NCBI GenBank assembly: GCA_013265495.1
Contig: MU058384.1
Location: 2,047,690 to 2,111,689 of the forward strand
Length of the DNA: 64,000 nucleotides
Source: Vicugna vicugna
Taxonomy: Eukaryota
Direction: 5' to 3'
The notes below the pieces were generated by a model. It was not told the DNA's origin and made no database searches. It saw only the letters and a program-made list of their open reading frames with translations. Positions 1 to 12,970 of this stretch are shown in pieces; the first letter of the stretch is position 1; every line of letters begins with the position of its first letter. The position numbers were made by a program, and so were the translations under genes.

Positions 1-169
1 AAAAAAAAAATCTGTTCCCTCAAGAAATAATGGTTCCTTTACCACCAGACTCACCTGGCTTCAGTTCATCCTACAATATACTGCTAGTACTATAACTGGA
101 ATGGCAGATGTCTGTTTTGCTCACCAAGACAGTACCTGGTAGAAACAGATAAATAAAAATATTTTCAAT

Positions 170-2115
170 GGGAAAAGGGAATTATATACCATGAGTAAAT
201 GAGATTTATTCAAGGATTGCAAAATTGGTTCAGCAAAAAGAAATTAATCAATGTAATACACTATAAAAATAGAATAAAGGGAAAAGCCATATGATCATCT
301 TAGAAAAAGCATTTGACAAAATCCAATACCCTGTCATGATTAAAAACACTAACAAATTAGGAATAGAAGGGAATTCCCCCAACCTGACAACAAGCACATA
401 CAAAAACTCACAGCTAACATCGCACCCAATGATGAAAGACTGAAAGCATTCCCCCTAAGATCAGGAACAAGACAAGGATGTCTGCTAAGGAGACCACAAA
501 AAAGCTAACAGAGCCAATAAGCCAGTTCAGCAAGGTTGCAGGATATGATATAATATATAAAAATCAATTATATTTCTATTTTTCTATGTACTAGCAATAG
601 ACAATCTGAATATGAAACTAAGAAACCAATTCTATTTATAATAATATCAAAAGAATAAAATATGTAGGAATAAGTTTAACTAAAGAGGTACATGCGCTTG
701 TACAAAATATTACTAAGAGAAAAATTTTTTTAAATCCAAATAAATGGAAAGACACCCTAAATTCATAGACTGGAAGGGTTAATATTTTAAAGGTGGCAAT
801 ACTCCCCTAAGTGATCTATAGATTCAGTGCAATCCCTATCAAAATTCTAACATCCTTTTTTGCAGAAATTGACAGATTGATCCTAAAATTCATATGGAAA
901 TGAAAGGGATCTAGAATAACCAAAACAGTCTTGGAAAAGAAAAATAAAGTTGGAGTATTCATATTCTCTGATTTCAAAGCTTACTACAAAGCGACAGCAA
1001 GTGGTACTAGCATAAGAAAAGATGTATAGAAAATGGAATATGATTGACAGTCCAGTAATAAACCCATTCATCTATGGTCAGTTGAGTTTTGACAAGAGAG
1101 CCAAGGCCATTCAATGGGGAGAGAATGGTATTTTTAACAATGGTGCTGGGACACTGGATATGCACAAGGAAAAGTTAATTGGATCCCTACATCACATTAT
1201 ATCCAAAAAACTTAAAATAGATCGAAGACCTAAATGTAAGAGCAGAAACTATAAAACTCTCAGAAGAACACATAAGTGTAAATCTTCATGACCTTGATTA
1301 AATAACATTTTCTTAGGTATGACATCAAAAGCACAAGCAACCAATAGAAAAATAGATAAACTGGGTTTTACCAAAATTAAAAATGTCTGTGGGTTAAAGG
1401 ACACCATCCAGAAAGTGAAAAGTAACCCACAGAATGAAGACAGTTTTTGCAAATCATGTCTGACAAAGATCTCACGTCCAGAAAACATAAAGACTTTCAC
1501 AACTCAACCATGAAAAGACTAATAATCCAATTTAAAACTGGCGACATTTCTCCAAAGGAGAAATACAAATGGCCGATGAGGACATGAAAAGAAGCTCCAC
1601 ATTATTTGTCACCAGGGAAATGCAAATTAAAAACACAGTAAAATACCACTTCACAACCAGTAGGATGGCTATAATTTTTAAAGACGGGAAATAAGTGTTA
1701 GTGAGGATGCAGAGAAAATACAACCCTCAGAATTAGTGGTGGGAATGCAAATGACTGGCGACAGCTTCTGTAAAAAAGAGTTTAGCAGTTCCTCAAAAAG
1801 TTATAAATACATTTTACATTCCTTGACTTAGCATTTCACTCCTAGTTCTATACCCAGGAGTTGTGCGTCCAGAGCAGGCAAATCCGCAGCAAAAAACAGA
1901 TGGATTCTTGATTGCTAGAGACTAGAAAGAGGAAAGAAAAGGGCTAATGGGTATGGGGATCTTTTTTGATGATGAAAAATACTCTGGAACTAGATAGTCA
2001 TGAAGATCATACAATCACATGAATACAGTAAAAGCCGCTGAACTGTACATTTTAAAATAGCAACTTTTATGGTGTGTGAATTTATATCAATTTTAAAAAT
2101 TTTTTAAGAAAAAAA
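170..2115 (+). mobile_element. Old LINE-1 (L1M-type, L1MB-like 3' end): decayed ORF2 3' half plus 3' UTR
   Basis: L1 ORF2-like stretches (aaagcatttgacaaaatccaa, tcaggaacaagacaaggatg; ORF track IYGQLSFDKRAKAIQWG, MTSKAQATNRKIDKLGFTKIKN) with many stops and frameshifts. Apparent internal deletion near 486. L1M-type 3' UTR ends in an A-rich tract at ~2095-2115. Boundaries approximate. Confidence 0.9.
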
Positions 2116-2943
2116 TGGAAGGACAAGACAAATAAACAATAATTAAAAACCAAAGCAGGCGACAAATAAAGATGATTTGGCTGGGGTAAAAAAAAGCTAT
2201 TGCACAAAAGGGTTGATATGACTGCTCTGGGAAGGTGCCTCATTTTCTCACTGTTCATTCATTCATTCAACAAATATTTACTGAAAACCATTATGTGCTG
2301 AGACTTATATGTCTCTTTCTCAAAAAGTGATCAAAGAGAACAAACTTCCCACGTGAAGAACCTTTGTCAACTGAAGACAGGGCTCTTCTAAACTTGCTTA
2401 TTAGACAATATGCAGCACCATTATTTCTAGAACTTACATTAAGATTTTTCTTACTTTACTTTTTTCAGTTTTTCCCTCCTCCTTCTTTCTTTCTTTTCCT
2501 CTTCTCTAACATCCAAATTAGAAACAATGAAGTTCAACAGAGCTCAGGTATTATGTCAGTCACTCATTTGAAGTGATTTCTTCCCTCTTTCCCTTCTCCT
2601 CTGGGTCCTTCTCTTCCCCCTCCCCTCTTCACTGCAAATGTTCTAGTCTCCACCCCAACATAACTTCAGGTTGCATATGGCTTTGAGAGTCCATGGCACA
2701 TTCTCTAGCACCAGCCCTACTTGTTCAGCTCACCATTACCAAATAGATGCAGGCTTTCAGTAGCTCAGTTCCAGATTCTTGAAAAAGAAAGTCTAATTGG
2801 CCCAGTTTGAATTGATTATGACCCCCCAGGTAAGTCCGCTACGTCCAATACATAGGGCTCCTCTTTATCTACAAAAGAGGCATGGGAGAGGAATCACCCC
2901 AAAATCCGTCTACCGTAGCCAACAGTACAATAAAAATAAAGCC

Positions 2944-3285
<342 letters not shown>

Positions 3286-3884
3286 TAAAAAATCAGCAAT
3301 ATTTGGAAAATTATTAAGAATCTTAATAAGACGATAACTACTATTTAGTTTTTGCATTTCTTCCCTCACTCCCAACACACCAACCAAAAAATTTTATAAA
3401 TCACCTCTGTTCTAGGCTAGGCCCCCTACTTTTCTGACAAGAAATCTAAATTCTCACCCCAAAATGATTCATCAAAACAGTAAAATCTGGGATTGGCCAG
3501 TCAATTTAGGGCAACTGGTCACCTTACCATATGTCACTCTTCTCTTTTCTAGATTTGTTTCATTTGGTTTTCAGTTCTTCCGCTTGATTTTTCCTGGGTC
3601 TTTGTTGCAGCTCCAGTAAAAGAGAGGCTACATTATCCTTTATTGAGCCTGGGCCAAATGGTCAGCATTGCCAACTGAGAGTTAAAATTTCAAGATCAGT
3701 GAACTCGTCACGAGGGGCTAACTACTGTGTGCAAAGAGCAGCCAGGAAGGCAGCTGTGATGATCACAGTGGAGTTAGGTGTCAGGGTGGCACTCAGAAAT
3801 GTAATTTCTAGTCTAAATGTCCAAGCTGTCGTCTGTGGGTGACATGGGCCTGGAGTGGAAGGAGTTAATGCCACAAAGCATGAC

Positions 3885-4022
3885 AGTGGGAGTTAACCTG
3901 GCTACACATTAGAATCACCTGCCAACCAGGACCCACCCAAACCAATTAAGTCAAAATCTCTGGGACATCTGTGCTTTAAGATCCCAAAGTAATTCTAATG
4001 TGCAGTTGAGGTTGAGAACTGG
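3885..4022 (+). mobile_element. MER5A-like hAT MITE fragment
   Basis: aacctggctacacattagaatcacctg...aaatctctggg...ttctaatgtgcag...gttgagaac resembles the MER5A consensus. Confidence 0.65.
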
Positions 4023-4483
4023 ACGAGCCTGTGAAGCCTGCTGCCAGGGAAAGCTTGGGGTAGCAGTTGCTCCAAGGAATCCCAAGGGAGTTCTGCTGCT
4101 TTTCAGCTACAATAGTTCATTGACGTCTTTTTAGTCTATCCTGCAGAATACAAAGGGTCTGCTCTGGTCTCTGCCCAGACTCCCTCGCTCGTGGTCTCTC
4201 TGGTAAGGGCAATTTCCTGAGATGAGCAGGCGGTAATCTGATCTCTAGACAAGGTAGGGACTCAGCAGCATTACCAGATTTGAGGTATGCTCAGGAAGTC
4301 TCTTCCCCCCACCCCCAAATAGCTGCTCTACCACCTTCATTTATGCCTGCAATATAGGTTGCTTTAAAACAGACATTGCAAATTCAAATGACTTTAGAGA
4401 CAGGCAAATAATAAAAATGACATCTGTGACCCAAATATTGCTAACTCTTACCATTTTTCAAGAGCAGATAGAAATCTGGAGAT

Positions 4484-4502
4484 ACACACACACACACACA
4501 CA
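4484..4502. repeat. (AC)n microsatellite
   Basis: acacacacacacacacaca seen directly. Confidence 0.9.
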
Positions 4503-5979
4503 GTTCTCATTTTTTTTAGTGAGGCAATTCATTGAAATGCTTTTAATATACTGTCCAGGCAAAATGAAACTTATCTGAAGGCTGGAAAAGTCCCTTCCCC
4601 AAATACAAATGTCCCTAGAAGTAGCAAAAGAGGATTTCCTTTTTCTCATGTCTCTGTTGGAGCATTTTTCTCTTGTTACAATCCTAATAAATTGTCTGGC
4701 TTATTCACGATTCCTAACCTCAGTCCTGCTGCTTGCTTGAGCCTCGGTTTTCTCTTTTTCTCCACAAATTTCTTCAAAGAACACTTTAAGTTTGCTGCTT
4801 CTAGACCTCACCAGCCATTATTTATTTCACTACTTATGATATGGTTTCTGCCTTCACTTTTTTGCTGAAACTACTCTCTAGTCCAAGGTCAATAATGACT
4901 TTCAATTGGCAGCACAATTACCTGTCCCGGTTCTCATTGTCCGGCAGCTCTCCATAGCACTTGGCATTGTCACCAGTCCCCTTGGTCACCATCATTACCC
5001 AGTAAGGGAGAGTAACAGGCTGTAGGCTACTGGAGATCAGGAAGAACTGGGATTCTCAGAGTGGATCTGAGGGCGCAAGCAAGAGGCAGGAGAAGGGAAC
5101 CACGGCCTCTCGGGAAGGAAGTGAAAATCTAAGGCTGAGTCCAAAAGAAGCACAGCTGAAGCAATTCACAGTTGGAGTTCTGATCTGGAGGTTTCGGCTT
5201 CAAGAGAGAAGATCCAAGGTTGTATGCCTCACACGGAAAACACTAAGTGAATATCTACACAACAGAAATGTCCTTCACCCTATCTCCTCACTCTACTCTG
5301 GACCCGATGCAAGAACAGAAACAGATCTTGCCATGAAGCCCAGGACTGGGAATGGAGGGGAAGAATTAGAGCCAGAAGCCAGGGCCTAGGCAGAGGAAAT
5401 CAGGGGTCAGACCCCCAGTATGCACACCCTAAAGCTCTCAGCAGAATGTTGGTGAATACTGCCACACTGGTGGGCACTCTCCCCTGAGGAGGGGACTCTG
5501 GGAGAAGCTGGAGTCAATCTCAAATTCCTCCAATCAGCTGAAGGAGAGAAGTGAGACCACCAGAAAACACCCACGTGAGTGCACAGAAAGGCTGGGAAGG
5601 GACAGATCAGCTCACCAGCTCAGAGCCTTACCTGTACCAAGGAGCTACCTTGAGACTTCTCCCAGTGCCATTTCTTTCTTCTCTATCTCCTTTTCTTGTC
5701 CTGAGGCCCTAAACAAAGCAAGTCCTCCCAGCTTGAAACTTCTCTCAATTCTCACTTTCCCTCTGGTCTGTTCTGCACGGAGTTCTCAGATTCTTGAGCC
5801 TACCCAAGGGTCCCTGGGTCAGAATCTCTAAGGCAGGGAGCTTGTTAGAAATGCAGGATCACAGACTCGCTGAAACAGAGTTGCCATTACATGCAAGTTT
5901 GAGATACCCTGCTCTGGGCCATCCTTCACCTGACTGTCAAGTTCATTTTCTGGGAGTACAGCTTTAATCATGTTACACC

Positions 5980-6344
5980 TGTTAAAGAAGCAACAGACCC
6001 AAAACGGGGTCACTTGTGCTAGGCCTCACATCAGCAAATGAAGACGTAGTACTTCATCTAATGGCAGTTAACAACCTCTCCCAGGAATGTAGTCTTCAAC
6101 GGTCAGTCTGGAAATTTCTGATCAGCACCAATGAGATAATCTGCTACCAAGCCTCCTTCCATCCCCTGTGGTAGGTTACCTAAACCTGAAACGATCCCCC
6201 ATTCTGCCTGTAGAAGCCTTCCATTTCCTTCAGCTCCATGAGCTCCTTTCTGCTCGCCAGCTGGGATGCTCCCTGGTTGATGAACCGTTCAATAAAGCCA
6301 GTTAGAGCTCCAAAATTTACTCTGCTGAATTTTGCTTTTTAACA
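5980..6344 (+). mobile_element. Solo LTR (ERV1-like, family uncertain), 365 bp, inserted into an L2 relic
   Basis: Begins TGTTAAA and ends TTTAACA (inverted termini), with AATAAA at ~6291. Flanks cacc/catg may be a decayed 4-bp TSD. The flanks rejoin as L2-like taatcatgttacac/..ctgctcaaaatcttcag. Confidence 0.7.
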
Positions 6345-8519
6345 CATGCCTGCTCAAAATCTTCAGGGTTTCCTCATGGTCTATTAAATCAAGTATATAT
6401 ATTTTTTTACCATGCTTATTAAAACCTTCTACAACTTGGCCCATACTACTTTTCAGATTCCCGACCACCCAAAACCATGTGTGGAAACCATGATTCAGTC
6501 AAAATTGAACTCCATCCTGTTCCTGCATCTGGTCCAGAGTATGGAGTTGAGGTAGAGATTAGTTTTGTTGTAGAAATGTTCAGTTAGCACTTTCTGTGTG
6601 CTCAGCATACAACCTGTACCTACTTCTCTCTCAGGCCTGAAACTACTAAATCCCCACTTTCTTGCCTTTGCTCAGATTTTTTTTCCCTCTGCCTGATGAG
6701 TCCTCCTTTCCCATTATATCTTTTCCTACTGAAATCCAAGGCCAAAGTTGAATGCTGGTTCTTTCACCAAGCTCTGTGTGTTCCCTACAAGGCAGAGGCA
6801 AGCCAGTCACCTAGTGTGGCTCCAGTCCTGTCTGTATATGTCCTTAGGAAAGGTACTAACTTTTATAAGTCTCAATTTTCTGATCTAAAAATTAGCGATG
6901 CTAAAACCTACTTGCAGGGTTGTTGTAATGATTAAACAAAACTGTCTCTTTTTGAAGCATCCTTCCTCATTGCAAAAAGATTTGAGGGGAAATGAACTAC
7001 TATAGGAACCGTGACCACCCCTGCATCTCTTCCATCATTCCATTCCCCTCTGCCCCAGTGTGTCATATCCCTCTCCCGGGAGTCAGTCCTCCAGCACTTT
7101 GGACATCTTCTGGGACAGTTATATCACGTCACCTTATGAAATGCAAATATCACCATCATTTTTGAAATAAAATTAATTCAAGTTTACTACTCTAATCCTC
7201 TAGGAAGTCAAAGTGCTTTTCCTTATATTTTTACAATTCTCAGGACGTATGTTCTGCTCTCCACTGGTTCTGAATTCTCTGATTCTAATTGCATCTCACA
7301 TTTTGTGAATGTTCAGACATTCTACCCAAAACATGGAAAATCTTCATTTCCTTAACTCACCCTTCACACTAACTCCTTCCCCCTCACTTCCCCAAAACCA
7401 ATCTTTGGCATTTGTGATGAATGTCAGGCTTTACCAAAGGTTTAAGGATGAAGGCAAGGTACATTAAAGCAAAGTAAGCAATCTGTAAGGAATATCCTGC
7501 TTACAAGTCCCGCACTGCCCTGCCTCTGGAATTGCTCACTGGCCCCTCTCCCCACAGCTCCAGCCTCCCTGTTTGCTGCTGGGCACTGTCCTCACATCTC
7601 CCTGCCTGTTTTCTAAGGCCCTACTTCTCAGGCTCCAGAACAACGAGTTCCCTCCTTTATTGTGCAGAGCAGTTTAGCTTTCCGGTCCAAACTCCAAAGT
7701 CTCATTAGTGTGCTCTGCTGAAAAAAGAACCTTCCTCTCTGACCCTTGGGCGGGTTGGAAGACCTGGCAAAAGCTTTGGAATTGACCATTTTTTTTCCTT
7801 CTTTTATTCCCCCCACTCTCCACCACTTGCTAATTTCTATCAGTGAAAGTAAGTGTACAGCCATTTATTTTCTCAGTGATGTGAATTATGACAACTCTCC
7901 TAGGAAGGCAAAAGTTGCTGCAGCCTGTTGTTCCAAATAACATTTATTTAAATTTGTATGGAACTTGTAACGTAGTCATTTCCTCTTGGTGAGCTGTAAA
8001 GTTCTTGAGAATGGACAGTGTCTTATTCATGTTCTATCCTTTGCAATGCTTGGCACACTGCCTGGCAGGGAGTGGGCACTCAATGATTGTTTAGTTGAAT
8101 GGACTTGAAGGTTGACTTTCTAACCTCTTGACTCCTCTCAGGGGTACTTAAAATGAAAGATTAGATGAGTAAACCAATGATCTTAGTCATTGTAGACTGA
8201 ATATCTTTTTCACCTTCACCAAAATTTAAACAAGTTTCTAGGAAAGGTATAATATTAAAAAAAAAAAGAAAAGAAAAAATGTGTATTGAGTACATTTAAT
8301 TACCAGCATTTATATTCTAGTATCACTGCCTTTTTAATGTGAGATTAATGTCTAGTACTTCTGCCCTCACTATCAATGCCTCTGGACCATATTCAATTAA
8401 AATAAGCTACTAAAATATGTAAAAATTAGTTGAATGCATTTTTTCATGGGATAAAGTGTCAAGTAATCATAACAATGAAATTTTCACTGATACTGTCATT
8501 TAAGACATGATGTGAATTT

Positions 8520-9059
8520 TTACAATTTTATTTCTTTCTTTATTCATTTTTATTGAAGTATAGTTGATTTATAACTTTATATTAGTCTTGGGGTACAACA
8601 TAGTGATTCAATATTTTTATAGATTATACTCTATTTAAAGTTATTACAAAATGATGGGCTATATTTCCCTGTGCTGTATAATATATCCTTGTTGTTTATT
8701 TACTTTATAAATAGGTAGCTTGCACCCTGTAATCCCCTACCTCTATTTTGCCCCTACCCTCTTCTTTCTCCCCACTAGTAACCATTAGTTTGTTCTCTGT
8801 ATTTGTGAGTCTGTTTCTATTTCGTTATATACATTAGTTTGTTATATTTTTTAGATTCCACATGTAAGTGATAACATAGAGTATTTGTCTTTCTGTTTGC
8901 CTTTTTTCACTAAGCATAAACCCCCCTAGGTCCATCAACATTGTTGCAAATGAAAGAATTTCACTCTTTCTTATGGCAGAGTAATAGTCCATCATACCAC
9001 ATCTTCTTTTTTCCATTCATCTGTTGATGGACATTTGGGTTGCTTCCGTAACTTGGCTA
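8520..9059 (-). mobile_element. 5'-truncated LINE-1 3' end (cetartiodactyl-type) with 15-bp TSD
   Basis: T-rich tail followed by ttattgaagtatagttgattta...tttccctgtgctgtata...ccattcatctgttgatggacatttgggttgcttcc. TSD acatgatgtgaattt at 8505-8519 and 9060-9074. Confidence 0.92.
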
Positions 9060-10437
9060 ACATGATGTGAATTTAAATATTATTAATTGTATGTAAAATT
9101 CTTTCTAATAGCTACTTTTTAGCTGTCAGTTATTAGTAAGCATTCATAATATACATTTACTAATTCTTAAGAGAAAGGAGAAATGTAGTTTGATGTTTGG
9201 TTAACATAAATTGAGAAGTCTTTTTGGCAGCTGTTCTAAATGTTTAATTAAGGGATAAAACAACAAAAATTTGTGGGGAAGGCACATATACCACAGTTTC
9301 TTCTTTCTTGGTCTCAGCAGTGTTGATTAAAACTGTTTGGAATGTTCCAATAAACCATAAGAATTCTTCAACAAATAGCGGTCTTTTTCTTACAACTAAT
9401 TCCAATCTTTTCATTGATTTCTTAGGAATTCAGAACACGGTTTTTATTGCCACAAATTTCCTTAAAATAGCTAATTACTTCCATGGGCTTACAAATTCTG
9501 ATTGAGTTTGACAGGTTAAGTCACTCAAAGATTTACATTTTAATTTTAAAATTCAAACATCCAGATGTTTCTACGTAGGTTTCTCTTCTGAATAGTCAGA
9601 TGGCTTCAGGGTGCTCCTCCAGCTATGACACATATCAGGAAGAATGGCTAATAGGAACCAAGTGTATAGATTATCTTTTAAACATCAATATTATTATACA
9701 GTAAGAACTATAACTGTACAAAAAGTTAGATTGGTTATCCACCTACGAGCATCCACAACTTACAAATGGATTGCTATATTTGTAAAATCAGATTGGTTTT
9801 CACAAAGTAGCTTTAATAATCACAGAAATAAAGACCAGAAAAATGGGGATTATCCTAAAGATTATCTAATCCCTGGCACATTGATATGAATGCAAAACCT
9901 ATGAGAGAAAAGAAAGATAAATAGTTATGTCATAGTAATGTAAGACTTGAATGCTAATATTTTATTAGTTCAAACAGCTATATTTGCCATTGGTAATTAT
10001 AACCATTAAACAACATTTATTAAGCAAGTATTTATTTAGCACTGACTATGAACGGATAGGTTGCTCTTTACCCTAACAGGGTTTTTTTTGGCCTGATATC
10101 TAGAACCATTTCCCCTGTTGGGGAAATATCTACAGGATAATGCTTCAGCTGAGCTTGTGTAAGTATCTTATCAAACACTCCCTTCTCAGTACTTTGCAAT
10201 GATCTTTGGAAGCTTCTGTTTGTAGTTGTTAAACTATTTTTCCATCTCCCCATGGTTGGAAAGCCTCTGATAGCTCACTAAATCTAACTTTTATTTTTCA
10301 GTTATTAATTCAACTATTAATCCATCTATTATTTTCAAACCAATTAAAGCTAGAGAGGCCTTACATACACATGGAGTAGGCAGCCATCTCTGTGGTAAGA
10401 TCTGAGATTAGAAAGACCTACCATTAAGAATAATGGT

Positions 10438-12124
10438 TGCCAAATGGCATTTTTCACAGAACTAGAACAAAAAAACTTAACATTTATGTGGAAACTCAAA
10501 ACCCAAATAGCCAAACAATCTTGAGGAAGAAGAACGGAATTGGAGGAATCAGGCTCCCTGACTTCAGAGTATACTATAAAGCTACAGTAATCAAAACAGT
10601 ATAGAACTGGCACAAAAACAGACACATACATCAATGGAACAGGATAGAAAGCCCAGAAATAAACCCAAGCACTTATGGTCAATTAATCTATGACAAAGGA
10701 GGTAAGAATATACAATGGGGAAGAGACAGTCTCTTCAATAAGTGGTGCTGGGAGAAATGGACAGCTATGTATAAAAGAATGAAATTAGAATATTCTCTAA
10801 CACCATATTTAAAAAAAAACTCAGAATAGATTAAAGACCTAAATATAAGACTGTATGCTATAAAACTCCTAGAGGAAAACATAGGCAGAACACCTTTTGA
10901 CATAAATCACAGCAATATTTTTTTGGATCCACCTCCTAGAGTGATGGAAAAGAAAAGCAAAAATTTTAAAAAATGACCAAATTCAAATTAAACTTGAAAG
11001 CTTTTGCATAGCAATGGAAACTGTAACCAAAATTAAAAGACAGCCTGTGCAATGGCAGAAAATATTTGTAAACAATGCAACTGACAAGGGATTAATTTCC
11101 AAAATATACAAACAGCTCATACAGCTCAATATAAAAAAAAAAGAAAGAAAGAAAACAACCAACCTAATCAGAAAATGGGCAGAAGACCTAAACAAATATT
11201 TCTCCAAAGAATGTATACAGATGGCCAACAGGATGAAAAGATGCTCAATATCACTAATTATTAGAGAAAGGCCAATCAAAACTACAATGAAATATCACCT
11301 CACACCAGTCAGAATGGCCATGATCAAAAAGTCTACCAATAATAAATGCTGGAGAGGGTATGGAGAAAATGGAACCCTCCTACATTCTTGATGGGAATGC
11401 AGTTTGGTGCAGCCAGATGAAGAACAGTATGGAAGTTTCACAAAAAACAAAAATAGAGTTAGCATATGATCCAGCAATCCCACTTCTGGGCATGTATCCA
11501 GAGAAGACTGTAATTCAAAAATACACATATACCCCAATGTTCATAACAGCACCATTTACAATGGCCAAGACATGGAAGCGACCTAAATGCCCATTGACAG
11601 ATGACTGGATAAAGAAGATGTAGTAATATATATATATAATAGAATATTACTCAGCCATAAAAAGAATGAAATAATGCCATTTGCAGCAATTGGATGGACC
11701 TAGAGATTATCATATTAAGTAAAGTAAGTCAGGCAGAGAAAGACAAATATCATATGACATTATTTATATATGGAATCTAAAAAGATGATACAAATGAACT
11801 TTATTTACAAAACATAAAGAGACTCACAGACATAGGAAACAAACTTATGGTTACCAAAGAGGAAAGGGGATGGAGGAGGGATAAATTAGGAGTTTGGAAT
11901 TAACAGATATACACTACTATATATAAAATAGATAAACAATAAGTTTCTACTGTATAGCACAGGGAACTATGTTCAATATCTTGTAGTAACATATAATGGA
12001 AAAGAATCTGAAGAATAATACATATATATGTATATGACTGAATCACTTTGCTGTACACCAGAAACTAACACAACATTGTAAATCAACTATACTTGGATAA
12101 AAAAATTAATTAATTTCAAAAAAG
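10438..12124 (+). mobile_element. 5'-truncated LINE-1 (~1.7 kb; ORF2 C-terminus plus 3' UTR) with 12-bp TSD
   Basis: ORF2 peptides in the ORF track ([74 protein letters not shown]) with frameshifts. 3' UTR includes aaacaaacttatggttaccaaa and gtatagcacagggaacta. TSD aagaataatggt at 10426-10437 and 12125-12136, with a TT|AAGA nick site. Confidence 0.95.
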
Positions 12125-12289
12125 AAGAATAATGGTCACCATACTATGTTTCAGAACACCTACTTGTATTTCCACAGGCAAAGCATTGGAACTTGGCCCT
12201 ATCAGGAAGGCCACTTTCTTAACAGTGAAGCATCAGCATCATTTTGTGAGGATTCTTGGTTTCAGTTACTGTTATTCTACTTTTTAACG

Positions 12290-12323
12290 ATCATACACAT
12301 ACTGTTAACAGTATGTGTATGAT
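12290..12323. repeat. Perfect 34-bp palindrome (zero spacer)
   Basis: atcatacacatactgtt|aacagtatgtgtatgat: the 17-bp arms are exactly reverse-complementary. Confidence 0.95.
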
Positions 12324-12769
12324 TAATTATAATGACTTTTAATTAAGTACATCATTGTTAATTTAGTGTGTATCATTATAAATTTGCATCAATTTTATTT
12401 CAGGCTCATAATTTTCTAATAAGCCACTGCCGAATGACATGTACTCCTAAATACATCCTAAATTTGCTGTATGGTAACATTTAATTCATTATTTGCTCCC
12501 AGTAAATCTACACTATTTAAATAACTTTTGTCACACTTGCTAAGTATAATAGTTTACTGTGTTATTTTATAATTTATATATATTGTTTTAGGATATATAA
12601 ATTATGTATCTGTCTTTATTCCTCTTATAAAGTAAGTTGTATGTTTCACACTAGACATTTATTATAGCTTTTTTATTCTCTCCAATTTTTTGTTATCAAA
12701 AAGTTCTTTTTTCATTGGAAAAAAATGGGTCTAGCAGAGCTGGTGCACTCAGCCAATAATGGTGAAAAC

Positions 12770-12970
12770 ATTAAAGTACACACTCTGGGGCCCAAACGTC
12801 TGTGGATGGAATCTCAGCTGTATCACTTCATGTATGTGTGCTTGGGCTCCATCTCTCTAAGACCCAGATCCCTCATACATAAAATGGGAATAATAACACT
12901 TTCTTTGTAGAGTAATTGTAAGGCTTACCTAGCCCAAAGCAATCATTCAATGAATAGTAATCATTATTAT
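12770..12970 (+). mobile_element. MIR SINE relic
   Basis: gtgtgcttggg..ctctctaagacccagatccctcatacataaaatgggaataataacac resembles the MIR core. Confidence 0.65.

Noticed and set aside
10350..11623. Cluster of 70-125-aa ORFs
   Set aside because: Frameshifted L1 ORF2 pieces and their antisense frames; not an intact element.
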